DNA of 64,000 bases. Source: a virus. Lineage: Duplodnaviria; Heunggongvirae; Uroviricota; Caudoviricetes. Made by a program: the position numbers and the translations under genes. Shown here piece after piece: positions 49,621-59,868 of the stretch; within the stretch, counting starts at the first letter, position 1; every line of letters begins with the position of its first letter. The notes under the pieces were generated by a model. That model was not told the origin of the DNA, did not search any database, and saw only the letters and a list, made by a program, of their open reading frames with translations. The stretch lies in IMG/VR virus record IMGVR_UViG_3300042894_001948; one strand, written 5' to 3'.

Positions 49621-50166
49621 TTAGATATCCCAAACTTGGAACAGGCTTTCTTCAGTAGCATTACAATAAGGGATCATACCGTACTTTGCTTCAAATGCAC
49701 CCATTAACTGATCTTCAAGCTCATCAAATCGTGTAGTATACCAAAACGCAATTTCAACATCATCAAATGTTGTTAACCCTTTTTCTAAACGTAAAGCTCT
49801 ATATTTGGCAAAGTTCTCAGTGCCGCCTACACCTTTATTCCATTTATCGGTGCCGTCTAACTTAACACCATGTTTCCATATACGATCACTAATGTCTTTA
49901 CCTTTACCGATATAAAAACCTTGTGGAAATATACTATCTCGTATAACATATACGCCAGCCTTGGCTTCGTCTAATGGACAAGGTCGTTGCTCAAGACTTT
50001 CTTTTAACTGGAGTTTAGAGAATGATGCAACTGCACCATATTTTCTACTACGTAATCTCCATCCACAATCAGTATGTGTTCTAGAATTGCTAGTTCGATC
50101 TTGTTCGTAATGTTCATATACGTCTCCAACAAACTTGTAAAACTTTGTTCGATTTACTTTAGCCAT
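49621..50166 (-). CDS. GIY-YIG-like nuclease
   Basis: GVYVI...FYIGKG..I..R...H; later LE and PYCN. Confidence 0.6.
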   Translation of the reverse strand: MAKVNRTKFYKFVGDVYEHYEQDRTSNSRTHTDCGWRLRSRKYGAVASFSKLQLKESLEQRPCPLDEAKAGVYVIRDSIFPQGFYIGKGKDISDRIWKHGVKLDGTDKWNKGVGGTENFAKYRALRLEKGLTTFDDVEIAFWYTTRFDELEDQLMGAFEAKYGMIPYCNATEESLFQVWDI

Positions 50167-50380
50167 ATTCTATATCTCTCACTAATTTAAGATAGCCGTT
50201 TCTTATGTTGGGATTTGACTGTTCTACATCTGATTGATCCCAACAAAACTTTAAGCTCTCGTAATGGTCAATGTACTCTTGTTCTGTAGGAAGCCGCCAT
50301 CCTGGGGTCATAAAGGCAATCATAACGGCTTCGTCAATCGTTACTAGATTTGGAAATTGTTTACCAATCTCAATTGCCAT
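50159..50380 (-). CDS. Mini DUF1566/Lcl-like paralog (dispersed)
   Basis: GWRLPT..LVRD. Confidence 0.75.
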   Translation of the reverse strand: MAIEIGKQFPNLVTIDEAVMIAFMTPGWRLPTEQEYIDHYESLKFCWDQSDVEQSNPNIRNGYLKLVRDIEYG

Positions 50381-50438
50381 TAATAGATCTCACAGGGATT
50401 GTAGTAAACTGATCATCACAAAAACTAAATGTTTCATA

Positions 50439-50876
50439 TTAAACCTCATCTTCTTCAGTTTCCCATTCCTCCCACCAATCGTATGTAACGTCGTATCCCT
50501 GCTGGCGTAATGCTTTGTAAATGCCAGTAGGTGGACACCATGCAGTTTCAAACTCTAATACAATCTCGCCATCATCATCTGTGTACAATGGTGCTTGTTC
50601 ATTTGTAATGGCTTCCCACTTTGTACCCCAATTTTCTACACGCCATTCATAAGATGTGCTGTAACCATATTGCTTACGATTTTCTGCTTGTTCTTTTTCC
50701 ATAGCAGCTTGCTTTACTGGGTCAGCATAACGACCAGACGGTGTGTTAAGTAATGCAGGTGGACATGGTAGGATAGTATTGAACAAGTTGCGTTCTTGAT
50801 ATGCAGTATCAAGTAGTGCAAGTTTAGCTGGATCAGAGTGTCTAATGATGGCTCTGTTGTTTACATAGTTTGGCAT
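50439..50876 (-). CDS. DUF1281/YubB ferredoxin-like protein
   Basis: MPNY..N, WR..NWGTKW, FETAW.PP. Confidence 0.7.
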   Translation of the reverse strand: MPNYVNNRAIIRHSDPAKLALLDTAYQERNLFNTILPCPPALLNTPSGRYADPVKQAAMEKEQAENRKQYGYSTSYEWRVENWGTKWEAITNEQAPLYTDDDGEIVLEFETAWCPPTGIYKALRQQGYDVTYDWWEEWETEEDEV

Positions 50877-50942
50877 AGTGCGCTCCGCGTGTGTTTAAGT
50901 AAAAACATATTATAGCAAAGTGTCGTTGGGTTGTAAAGAAGT

Positions 50943-51161
50943 TTATATATCTCGTACCGGAATAGCAGGATACTTTGCATATGGATGCGATTTTGCAAAT
51001 AATATACCATTCTCATCGACCCATACTGCAAATTCAAAAATTGCTTCGCTGGCAACTGGCAAACGCCAATCGTGGTATCCGTTGTAAGATAAAGTCATAC
51101 AATAGAGCAGTGCTTCATCATAATGGATAGGAGTAGATACACGAGGTCCAAGTTCAATCAT
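50943..51161 (-). CDS. Mini DUF1566/Lcl-like paralog (dispersed)
   Basis: GYHDWRLP..PVRD. Confidence 0.75.
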   Translation of the reverse strand: MIELGPRVSTPIHYDEALLYCMTLSYNGYHDWRLPVASEAIFEFAVWVDENGILFAKSHPYAKYPAIPVRDI

Positions 51162-51490
51162 TTCTTGTATAACAATCCGTCAACATGTCCTACATCATAC
51201 AGTTCAACTCGTGTTACTGTATGAAACCCATATTCAGTAGATGGTACATAATCAATAAATGTGTCAATCGCAATATCTTGATCAACTAATCCGTATTCAT
51301 TTATCTCTGCATACAAATCGTAAACCTGAGTATCATCATGCTCGTATGGAAAGTTATGACGATTAGGATTTTCTTTAATCTTTTCAATTAGTAACTTAAC
51401 GTTCTCTAACGCGGTGTCACTGATTGGATTAAATGCAGTTACATAGTCGCCGTCGTTAGTGTCTACTTCTACTAAAAGATAGTTTGCCAT
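51158..51490 (-). CDS. Hypothetical protein
   Basis: Promoter and SD; DTNDGDY. Confidence 0.7.
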   Translation of the reverse strand: MANYLLVEVDTNDGDYVTAFNPISDTALENVKLLIEKIKENPNRHNFPYEHDDTQVYDLYAEINEYGLVDQDIAIDTFIDYVPSTEYGFHTVTRVELYDVGHVDGLLYKK

Positions 51491-51563
51491 TGTTGTTGCT
51501 CCGCAGTTGTTGTAAATAAAAACATATTATAGCAAGTTGCTAATTGGATTGCAAATGGTTTTA

Positions 51564-51963
51564 TTACCACGATGAGTTGTAGTATACCATATTGCCAAGT
51601 GATAGTTGCATTCTTGCTTCAGCAACAAATCGTAAATCCTGTTCTACTGCATCATCATCGTCGCTACTTTCTCCAAAGAAGAACCCAGAGGTATTTGGAA
51701 GTGTACGTTCCTTAATCTCCTTTTCCAGTCGCATTAGATCGCGTTCAGTGAGCTTTACTGGAACACCATTAAACTCCTCAATAGTTCCACCTTTACGTTG
51801 ATACATGTTTTCCATCCACCCGTGTAAATTTGGGTGTTTTCTCCAATACCAAATTTCAGTATGACCTTCTTCGTAATATGGGCTAAAATCTACTTCTTTA
51901 TCTTTATCTTCTTCGCGTACTTGATTTGCTGAAACAGCGTACACAGACATATCTAATCCCAAA
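51564..51963 (-). CDS. Conserved phage hypothetical protein (GLDM...YWRKHP.LHGWM...GFFFG...YY.SSW); start approximate
   Basis: GGAGG SD before a TTG start; motif pattern. Confidence 0.65.
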
Positions 51964-52564
51964 ATAACCTCCCAAATATTATTAAAATAGCGCGTTTTTG
52001 TTTTTGTATAGTGTAGCATTAAAAACATTTTAAAACGCTGTAGTCCGCAAAAACTGCTTGAAAATCAAACTAAAGTTTTGTTATTGCTTGCAATGCTACG
52101 CATTAACAGCGGGGCCTATGCTGGCAATACTGCCTATGAGTATTTGCGAAAACTCAACTGTGAAATCATAACGTGTATCGCGCAATGGTTCAAGTGGAAC
52201 ATTTATATCAACGAAATACTTGCTTTCTGATAGCTTACGAAGTTGTGATGGTAGTACGCCGGCATGTCTTGCAATAGCGCGTTCGTATGTGATGTTAGAC
52301 ATATTTCTCGTATCCTTCTAATCGTGTGTTAAGGATGTTTAATTGTTTTTGTGTAAGTGAAAGTGACTCAAGCATATGACGAATGTCAGACTGTGTGTAC
52401 CCATATATGAATGCCCAATTTTCTTCATTATTGAATTTTACAGAAGCTTTCCTTGCTAAGTTGTCTAAGGTTGCAATATGGTTTTCAATTACTGCGATTC
52501 TATCTAATTTCATGCGATACTCCTAAAAAGAGAAAGCGCGTATTGCTACGCGCTATTAAGGTTT

Positions 52565-53068
52565 TTAGTCTTGAAATCTTAATTCGTTATACTCGAGATC
52601 AGCAAGCACGTCATCTGTTTCCCATGAGTAGTCATCGTCGTCAAAATCGTATGTATCATCGTCATCAGTTGCATCTGGATCAGCATAGTCAAACAAGTTG
52701 TCACCACTTTCAGTGTACAAGCCGTCTTTGCTAATCACATACTCAATTACTATGTCAGCAATCGTTTCTAATGGGCCTGCTAACGGCAAATTAGTGTAGT
52801 ATGGTGTGTTGCATTCAGGTTCAACAATCTCTAACTCTTCAGCAATATCTAAGTTAAATAGTTCATCGCAACGTGTAAGATAGTTCACAGCACCCGAGGT
52901 GTTGTTACAGAATCCGTTATTGTAATAGTCATAATATAATCGTGTTACAGCTCTTAACATTTCGCCTTCAACTGTACCTGCAGGACCACTTGACGGAACC
53001 ATTTTAGATAGTTCTTGATAGGCTGCTTGATGTTTTCCATTGCTGTTCCAGTAAGTGTTGTTGCTCAT
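52565..53068 (-). CDS. Hypothetical protein
   Basis: Promoter and SD; GE.LRA..RLYYDYYNNG. Confidence 0.75.
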   Translation of the reverse strand: MSNNTYWNSNGKHQAAYQELSKMVPSSGPAGTVEGEMLRAVTRLYYDYYNNGFCNNTSGAVNYLTRCDELFNLDIAEELEIVEPECNTPYYTNLPLAGPLETIADIVIEYVISKDGLYTESGDNLFDYADPDATDDDDTYDFDDDDYSWETDDVLADLEYNELRFQD

Positions 53069-53171
53069 ATTATACTCTCCATTTGTTGTGTAAGTAAAAA
53101 CATATTATAGCAAACTGCTAGTGAATTGTAAAGAATTGTGTTAATCAATGTCCTTAACTGGACGTACTTAA

Positions 53172-53387
53172 TTATTTGTTGAGTAACACTAAACCGTATA
53201 CTAAGTCATGTTCAAGATCAATGTCGTCATACGTTAAAATAAACTCTTCACCTGTGTCTTCGTGATGTACATGGATCTCTTCAGCATCTGCAAAATCAAT
53301 TACATAAGAATCATCACCTTGTACAATGATTTTAGCTTCGCTGAACATTTCAATTAACGTTTCATTAGTAACAGTGACAGTAGACAT
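53172..53387 (-). CDS. Hypothetical protein
   Basis: Promoter and SD. Confidence 0.65.
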   Translation of the reverse strand: MSTVTVTNETLIEMFSEAKIIVQGDDSYVIDFADAEEIHVHHEDTGEEFILTYDDIDLEHDLVYGLVLLNK

Positions 53388-53961
53388 TGTGTACTCCTTT
53401 GTTGTTTAAGTAAAAATATATTATAGCAAAATGCTGTTGATTTGTAAAGAACTAATTACGTCGTGTACCAGCTGGTGCATACCACATTCCATTATTCTTA
53501 CGATCTTTATTTTTAAGTTGCGCCAATCGTGCTTTTTCTGCATTAGTGAACTTAATGCTTGTTTGGCGATACATTAAATAGCGATCTGCTCTCACATTAT
53601 TCGCTCTAACACTTTGTCAGTTAGGCGATACAAACCATACAAAATTAGTAATGCCGATACTGATATAATCAGTTCGTGCATTATTTGAAAAAGTTGTGGG
53701 CCAATTTCAATCATCATCTGTTAACTCTCCAAACACTTCTAACTTAGAAGCAATACCATCTTCAACTGCCGCGTCTTGGATAGCATCTAAGTAATGAGCA
53801 AGTCCCATTGCTTCATCGGATCCCTGATTCCACAACCATTCTTTTTGGTTGCGTAACAATTCCCAGTTAGTTTTACTAATAACTTTTGATAACATAATGT
53901 GCTCCGCAGTTGTTTAACTAAAAACATATTATAGCAAGTTGCTAATGGATTGTAAAGATAT

Positions 53962-54339
53962 TTATTGCTCAACTTCAGTAAGTGCTAACCAAGTGTCTTC
54001 TTTTGATGTATAGATTAACTCACACTCTTCTAAAATAGTTCTGCGCTCATCTTCCGATAGCTTTAACCAATTGTCTACTTTCTCGTAACTACCAACTGCT
54101 ATAGGTGGCATACGATGAGATATCCAAATAGATGCATACTTGAGATGTACAATTTGATTACTTGGATGGATGGACATCATTGCGCCTAAAAAATCATTAG
54201 CTAACACACTTTCCCAAAAACTGCCAGGTTTGAGTCCATGTATCAGATAGTTAAGCAATGGAAGCGAGTACTCTTCCGATACATGCTCAGTCTTAAATAA
54301 TGTTTCTAATCGTTGTTTGCTAAATCGTGAGATGTTCAT
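53962..54339 (-). CDS. Hypothetical protein
   Basis: PGSF...VLAND motif; coupled to upstream ORF. Confidence 0.7.
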   Translation of the reverse strand: MNISRFSKQRLETLFKTEHVSEEYSLPLLNYLIHGLKPGSFWESVLANDFLGAMMSIHPSNQIVHLKYASIWISHRMPPIAVGSYEKVDNWLKLSEDERRTILEECELIYTSKEDTWLALTEVEQ

Positions 54340-55147
54340 ATACCAAAGTTTTCTCTAATCATTTCAGCACAAACAATCGCGCCTTTTACCATAGGGTCGT
54401 CTTCATCAACTGGTTCTGATACTTCGTCGCAAATACGCAATGCTTCACTAATAATCAAGTTAGCGAATTTCTCAATTCTAAATTCGTTAAACGCCTCTGC
54501 AGTTGGTTCATTTGGCATGTAACCAGCTTGCTCTGCAAAATCTCTAATTTGTTTGTTCATTATTTGGTCCTCAGGTTAACTTGTTAATCCAACTTTTGGG
54601 AAGTAGTATTTTCTCACCCAGTCAATAGTGCCTTGGTCGCATTGAAAATCCATTGGTTCGTTTTCTTTACCGTTACGATTTTTACACCATGTATCAATAT
54701 TATAGTACCAAAAGCTAGTACGAGTTTCGGTAAAAGAATGAAGTCGTTCAATGACAGTAAGAACAGAGCCGATTAATTTAAATTCTAACATCGTGTTAGT
54801 TCTCGCATTCAGGATATTTACAAAATAGATTATGTAATGGACAAACACCGTTTACTTTTTGATCGCAAACTTTTTTTACAACAGGTTCGTTGTCCTCATT
54901 TAACCATTTATCAAATGCCTCAAAACTCTCTAAGGCTTCTTTAGGAATTGAAGCGCGTCCGGACTCAACAGCAGCTTTCATCTTGTCTAAGTCAAAATTA
55001 AACTCTTCTGGTGATTGCATTAAATAACCTCTAAAAGTATTACTGCAAGAAAAAGTGCAACGAATGGATGACCTGTAATAATAAGCAAACATACAACAAT
55101 CCACATCCAATCACGGTTATTCATTATTTTTATCCTTTCATACGGTC

Positions 55148-55570
55148 CTATGCTGTAACGGTGTAAGGTTTATCCCATTTGCCAATGTTGATGTCAACAT
55201 AGAACGCAGTATCAAAATAATCAATCATCGCGTCGCTGTTATTATAGTACCCTTCCAACATGATCTCAAAAGCTTTATCTAAAAACTCTTTAGCTTTGCC
55301 ATCAAAGTGATCAGTCCAGTGATGCGACACTTGCATATACTTGCGATCTTTATTTTGATTGTAGTCTTTTTCTTTGTCAGCTGACCAATGATTAAGTTCT
55401 GCTACACGATCTGCATGATTAGTAATGAAATCAATTTTACCTTTTGATACATTCAACTGCAAGGTGCTGTGATGGCGAACTGCTACTGTAGCGGTTAAAC
55501 CATACTGTTTAGCTAATGCTCTTAAGCGTGGTGCTTTTGAGTCTTTATCTTCTTTTGATACATAAGCCAT
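55148..55570 (-). CDS. Hypothetical protein (NSDAMIDYFD motif)
   Basis: Promoter and SD. Confidence 0.7.
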   Translation of the reverse strand: MAYVSKEDKDSKAPRLRALAKQYGLTATVAVRHHSTLQLNVSKGKIDFITNHADRVAELNHWSADKEKDYNQNKDRKYMQVSHHWTDHFDGKAKEFLDKAFEIMLEGYYNNSDAMIDYFDTAFYVDINIGKWDKPYTVTA

Positions 55571-55640
55571 TTTTGCTACTCCGTTGTTGTGTAAGTAAAA
55601 ATATATTATAACAAAGTGTAAGCTGGATTGCAAATGGTTT

Positions 55641-55856
55641 TTAAACCGTTCTTACTGGGATCACTGGTAAATATAGATCTAAAGGTTGGTAAATCTGTAG
55701 ACTAATATCATACCAACCTCTCATTCCTGCAGTACGATTCCACTCATGTTGAGTTGGCATTCTCCAATCATATTTGTTATCGTGTGTACAAGTATAGGTA
55801 TATAGTTCAGCTTCGTCTATAGTAACGACCTTGGTTATTGGTGCTTGTTCAAGCAT
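55641..55856 (-). CDS. Mini DUF1566/Lcl-like paralog (dispersed)
   Basis: KYDWRMPT..PVRT. Confidence 0.75.
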   Translation of the reverse strand: MLEQAPITKVVTIDEAELYTYTCTHDNKYDWRMPTQHEWNRTAGMRGWYDISLQIYQPLDLYLPVIPVRTV

Positions 55857-56091
55857 CTATAGTCCTCACTGGGATCGCAAAAAATTCATTTTCAGTATCT
55901 TTATAAATATCGTCATCACACCAAATGAGTAAAGTTGTGAAGTTTCCAGTTTCGTGTTCAAATGGTAACCGCCAATCTTTGTATCCATTCTCAGTAGATG
56001 TCATACAATAAAGAAATGCTTCATCGTATGGCATCCGTTGAGGTGATCTAATACCTACTGCCATATTAAGTTTAGTCAATTTGCACATCAA
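55849..56091 (-). CDS. Mini DUF1566/Lcl-like paralog (dispersed)
   Basis: GYKDWRLP..PVRT. Confidence 0.7.
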   Translation of the reverse strand: MMCKLTKLNMAVGIRSPQRMPYDEAFLYCMTSTENGYKDWRLPFEHETGNFTTLLIWCDDDIYKDTENEFFAIPVRTIDA

Positions 56092-56318
56092 CTAATTTCT
56101 CATCGCGAAAAATGTAGTAAGAATCTACTCTACCATAAGACACCCAAACACAGTTGTTGCCACGTTTCATTGTGAAATTAGTAACGCCTTGAGCTGCAAG
56201 ACTTGCTGTGATTTGGTCTACTTCAAATTGTTGTATTTGGTCCATAATATGCTCCGCAGTTGTTTAACTAAAAATATATTATAGCAAATTACTTACTGGT
56301 GTGCAAATGGTTTGTTAC

Positions 56319-56732
56319 TCATGTTTTAAATTGTTCCCAAAAGTTAATCTTCGCTAAGTCTTTTTCAAACTCAGGATATACATCAGCTAAGTTCTCAGCT
56401 CTAACTGGACGGTAACCGGCTTTTAGCTTTTTGTGAATACGTTGTATTGCTTCACCGCAATACCCAGTTCTTACAATCCAACTAGCCCGAGTTGGGATAC
56501 CTTTCTCTTTGATTTCGTATGCACGGTCGCTTACTGTTGACTCATAATCATTCTTTACTCTAATTGTTCTTAACTTTCCGCCACGCTTACCCCACACAAT
56601 GATATAGTCAGTAAACTTAATTGAGTAATATCGTGTTAATAATGATTTGTCAGATGGCTGTCCCATACTAATTACTGCCCATACTGTTTCAACTTTTCCA
56701 GTTGTCTTTAAACTTGCAAATGTTATGTTCAT
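56319..56732 (-). CDS. WGR-like domain protein, tandem paralog
   Basis: WGKRGGKL...KKLKAGY. Confidence 0.6.
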   Translation of the reverse strand: MNITFASLKTTGKVETVWAVISMGQPSDKSLLTRYYSIKFTDYIIVWGKRGGKLRTIRVKNDYESTVSDRAYEIKEKGIPTRASWIVRTGYCGEAIQRIHKKLKAGYRPVRAENLADVYPEFEKDLAKINFWEQFKT

Positions 56733-57073
56733 AGTTTCAATGTTTCCCAAAATGCAAGTTTATCTAAATCTTGTTTAAACTCTGGATATACTTCAGCTAA
56801 CCGAGTTTCATCGATACTTTTATACTCTTTGTTAAGTTTCTTATTGATTAGTTTGCCAATGGTACTAAACCTACTGTAACGATCAGAGTTATAGTCTAAC
56901 GATGGTGGATAATATCCTAATCGAGTCATAGATTGCAACTTGCCGCCTCGTCTGCCCCAGGCAATTACATAATCAGAATGCCATTCTTGTTGTCGATGTT
57001 TACCTAACTCAAGTACAACCCAAACGGTTTCTACTTTACCAGTTGTCTTTAAACCTGCAAATGTAATTTTCAT
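56729..57073 (-). CDS. WGR-like domain protein, tandem paralog
   Basis: WGRRGGKL...KKLNKEY. Confidence 0.6.
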   Translation of the reverse strand: MKITFAGLKTTGKVETVWVVLELGKHRQQEWHSDYVIAWGRRGGKLQSMTRLGYYPPSLDYNSDRYSRFSTIGKLINKKLNKEYKSIDETRLAEVYPEFKQDLDKLAFWETLKL

Positions 57074-57498
57074 TTTACCTCCATGATGCTTGAAACTTTA
57101 ATATTGAACACATCATTAGAACGATCCTCTTTGAACTCACTAGCTAAACACATTACCTTTACATCTTCTTTATCAATCTCATAGCCATCTAAGTAGAAGG
57201 TAGTCTGTGGGATAAAGTTATTGCGAAGCATTGTACAACGGAAGTAGACTTCACCTTTATGTGCAATAGTGTACGGAAACTCTAACCACTCACCCCATGG
57301 TAGTCCTGCACTTTCTGCCGGGAGAGTTCCATCAGCACGTTTTTCTTTTACTACTGCAATGTTATCATAATTTACACCAATTCTACATTGGAAGGTAGAA
57401 CGTTTTGTTACAAGTGGCTGACCTTTGCGCATCTTCATATCACGCTCTGTAGTCAGTGTTGCAATTTGGCCTTTCTTAGCAAATAGGTTGTCTAACAT
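57070..57498 (-). CDS. Hypothetical protein
   Basis: AGGAG SD; LPWGEW..P..I.HKG..Y. Confidence 0.75.
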   Translation of the reverse strand: MLDNLFAKKGQIATLTTERDMKMRKGQPLVTKRSTFQCRIGVNYDNIAVVKEKRADGTLPAESAGLPWGEWLEFPYTIAHKGEVYFRCTMLRNNFIPQTTFYLDGYEIDKEDVKVMCLASEFKEDRSNDVFNIKVSSIMEVK

Positions 57499-57507
57499 GG
57501 TACTCTC

Positions 57508-57822
57508 CTATAAAATATGATAAGTTGCGCGTCCAACATTAACAAGTAGCTGGCGATCTGTGCCTACGCACGAGCATGCTCGTAAATTTCCAATATCAGA
57601 ATGGTCATTTGGTAAAATGCATCGCACTTTAACTTCTGGAAACTTTGCAATAACAATGTTCTTAATCTCAGTTGCAGATAGGATTTGACCTTTATACGAA
57701 TGTAACGCAACTAACAGCATTTCGTGATGTGTCAACTTCTTTCTATCTTGAGTTGGGGATAATCGTTGTTTAGGAGATTTTAAACTTTGAATTAAGTTCT
57801 GATTAACAGTTACAGTTTGCAT
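57508..57822 (-). CDS. Hypothetical protein
   Basis: Promoter and SD. Confidence 0.65.
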   Translation of the reverse strand: MQTVTVNQNLIQSLKSPKQRLSPTQDRKKLTHHEMLLVALHSYKGQILSATEIKNIVIAKFPEVKVRCILPNDHSDIGNLRACSCVGTDRQLLVNVGRATYHIL

Positions 57823-58045
57823 AGTGACTCCCTAAATTAAAAAATGTATTATAGCATTTAGTTATTGAATTGTAAAGACTATTTTGCTTCACGTTTCTGT
57901 AACTCCTGTGCTTTTTGTTTCAATGCTTCAATTCTATGAAAGAAATCCTCACTAAGAGGAGTTATCTGATTGTTGTAATTTATGTAATCTTCAAGTGCCT
58001 TGATTACATTGTTTTCAAATACTTCGCTTTTGAGCACAGGGCCTC

Positions 58046-58306
58046 CTAATTGATTGTAAAATATCCAGTACGTTTACCTTTTAGTGTATAGAAACACGCA
58101 TATCGCCTACCTGGTTCATATGTGTCACTGTTAGCAGTTGCGTATACGATAAGTTCTAAGTTAGGACCACGTTCTTGCATATGAGGTCCATCTAATGTTA
58201 CTTTACCATTGTGAGGTAAGTCTGTTTCAGCAATACGAATCTTGTAGTTGTCAACTTCTACAATACGTTTCTTTACAACTGGCTTTTTAACTTTAGCGTC
58301 TGCCAT
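58046..58306 (-). CDS. Hypothetical protein
   Basis: SD, coupled to upstream ORF. Confidence 0.6.
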   Translation of the reverse strand: MADAKVKKPVVKKRIVEVDNYKIRIAETDLPHNGKVTLDGPHMQERGPNLELIVYATANSDTYEPGRRYACFYTLKGKRTGYFTIN

Positions 58307-58893
58307 TATTCATTCTCCTCAAAGTAACATTCTGGATTGATATCGTCAATGTGGAATTCATCTTTCAACAACTCTTCTAATGTTTCATGATCAATACGAT
58401 CAAGTAACAGTTTAATCATGTACACTGGTTCAACTTCGCCTTCTTCTACCATTGTTACTACTGCATCTCTTGCACTGTAGGATGTTGTTGTTTCATCTGG
58501 GCGAATATAATCGGTATACTCAACTTTTGTAGCTTTTAAACGATCTGCAAGTAACAAGAACTCTGCGCAATGTTCTGACACATACCATGTGTCATCTTTT
58601 ATTAAATAGAAAAACTCAGAATCATCATACCAATCTACAAACTCATGTTCAGATGCAAACTCATGTGCTTCAACATCATCTTCGTTGCGATCGCGTCCGT
58701 AAAACTCAGTATCTTCAATTGTTTCGCCTAATGAGCTTATGTCACCTAAATCACATAAATCGCCTACACCAATTAAATCATAATTCTCAATAAGTGTTTT
58801 ACCAACATGTGATAAGTATCCGTCCCAATGCACGTACACTGCTCGAACAGTACCATCGTTTCTCATATAACCAATTGCGCTACGTGTTGCCAT
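58306..58893 (-). CDS. Conserved phage hypothetical protein (MATRS.IG...Y.HWDGY)
   Basis: Promoter and SD; motif. Confidence 0.75.
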   Translation of the reverse strand: MATRSAIGYMRNDGTVRAVYVHWDGYLSHVGKTLIENYDLIGVGDLCDLGDISSLGETIEDTEFYGRDRNEDDVEAHEFASEHEFVDWYDDSEFFYLIKDDTWYVSEHCAEFLLLADRLKATKVEYTDYIRPDETTTSYSARDAVVTMVEEGEVEPVYMIKLLLDRIDHETLEELLKDEFHIDDINPECYFEENE

Positions 58894-59027
58894 GTTATTC
58901 TCCTGTATATACAGCGGGGCCTTGCTTGCTGTAGTGTTTAAAAAAATATAGTATAACAATTATTTGTTGATTTGTAAAGACTATTTTACTTCACGTACCG
59001 AAGCACGATCAATCTTATAATCAAAAA

Positions 59028-59318
59028 TCATAAGTCCCTTACTGGTCTAACGTAGAGGCCACCGTGGAACTTAAAGTTAGGGTATCTGCTACCATTTTCA
59101 AAACTCTGACTCCAAGCAGTATCTACACTTTGTTCATTAGAAGCCCAGTATCGACCACTACGAAAATCATTATCTGATTCATAGATTTGATTTAGTTCTT
59201 CTTTTGTTGGAAGTCGCCAATCAGTTTTTCCATCAAAGTTAAGAAATAAACAATATGTTCGTGCAGTATCCCAACTACATGACTCCTCGGCAGATTTTGG
59301 TGCTATTTCAATATTCAT
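59028..59318 (-). CDS. Full-length DUF1566/Lcl-like domain (in frame with an upstream ORF from ~59504)
   Basis: WDTA..YC..DWRLPTKEEL..YWAS..AW...F..G..YVRPVR. Confidence 0.8.
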   Translation of the reverse strand: MNIEIAPKSAEESCSWDTARTYCLFLNFDGKTDWRLPTKEELNQIYESDNDFRSGRYWASNEQSVDTAWSQSFENGSRYPNFKFHGGLYVRPVRDL

Positions 59319-59574
59319 ATTATTCTCTTCTACCGACCATTCTACATAGTCAATCAAATTTTGAATATCGCTGCGTAGGACTGTTGCACGGCATTGCCAT
59401 TGATTATTCTCGGTTACGAGTTTGTCTTCGAGTGATTCAGAAGTAGCTAAAAGATTATTGAGTTTTAGTATTAGGATTTCTTTATGTGATAGGGATTTTC
59501 TCATCGTAGTTCTCCAGTTAAGTTTTGCATATGGCAATTATCAGTTCGAGCACCGTTAGGTGCGACTTCAAAGT

Positions 59575-59868
59575 TCATATTATGTCCCTTATTGCTCTAA
59601 CGTAGTAGCTGCCGCCGTTCTTACTGGAGCTGAACTGGGTGCCACTGGTGAAAACCTGACCCCAGGCGCTGCTGCCATTGTACTCAGTAGAGGACCAGTA
59701 GTAGGCATCAATGAAATCATTTTTTGAATGGTAGATATAATCTAATTCCTCTTTAGTAGGCAGTCTCCATCCTTTCTTTCCATCTATTTCAAGAAAAAAA
59801 CAATACATAACTGCTTCATCCCACGTGGCTTGTATCTCCGTTGTTTTTGGTGCTATTTCAATATTCAT
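59575..59868 (-). CDS. DUF1566/Lcl (C-type lectin fold) protein, probable DGR target with variable region
   Basis: GWRLPTKEEL..YWSSTE..AW...F..G..YVRAIR; C-terminal codons nearly all NNC/NNT and GC-rich. Confidence 0.85.
   Translation of the reverse strand: MNIEIAPKTTEIQATWDEAVMYCFFLEIDGKKGWRLPTKEELDYIYHSKNDFIDAYYWSSTEYNGSSAWGQVFTSGTQFSSSKNGGSYYVRAIRDII

Noticed and set aside
59550-59563. GCACC-GTTA-GGTGC hairpin as DGR homing cruciform
   Set aside because: Only a 5-bp stem and it lies in a paralog remnant; too weak to claim
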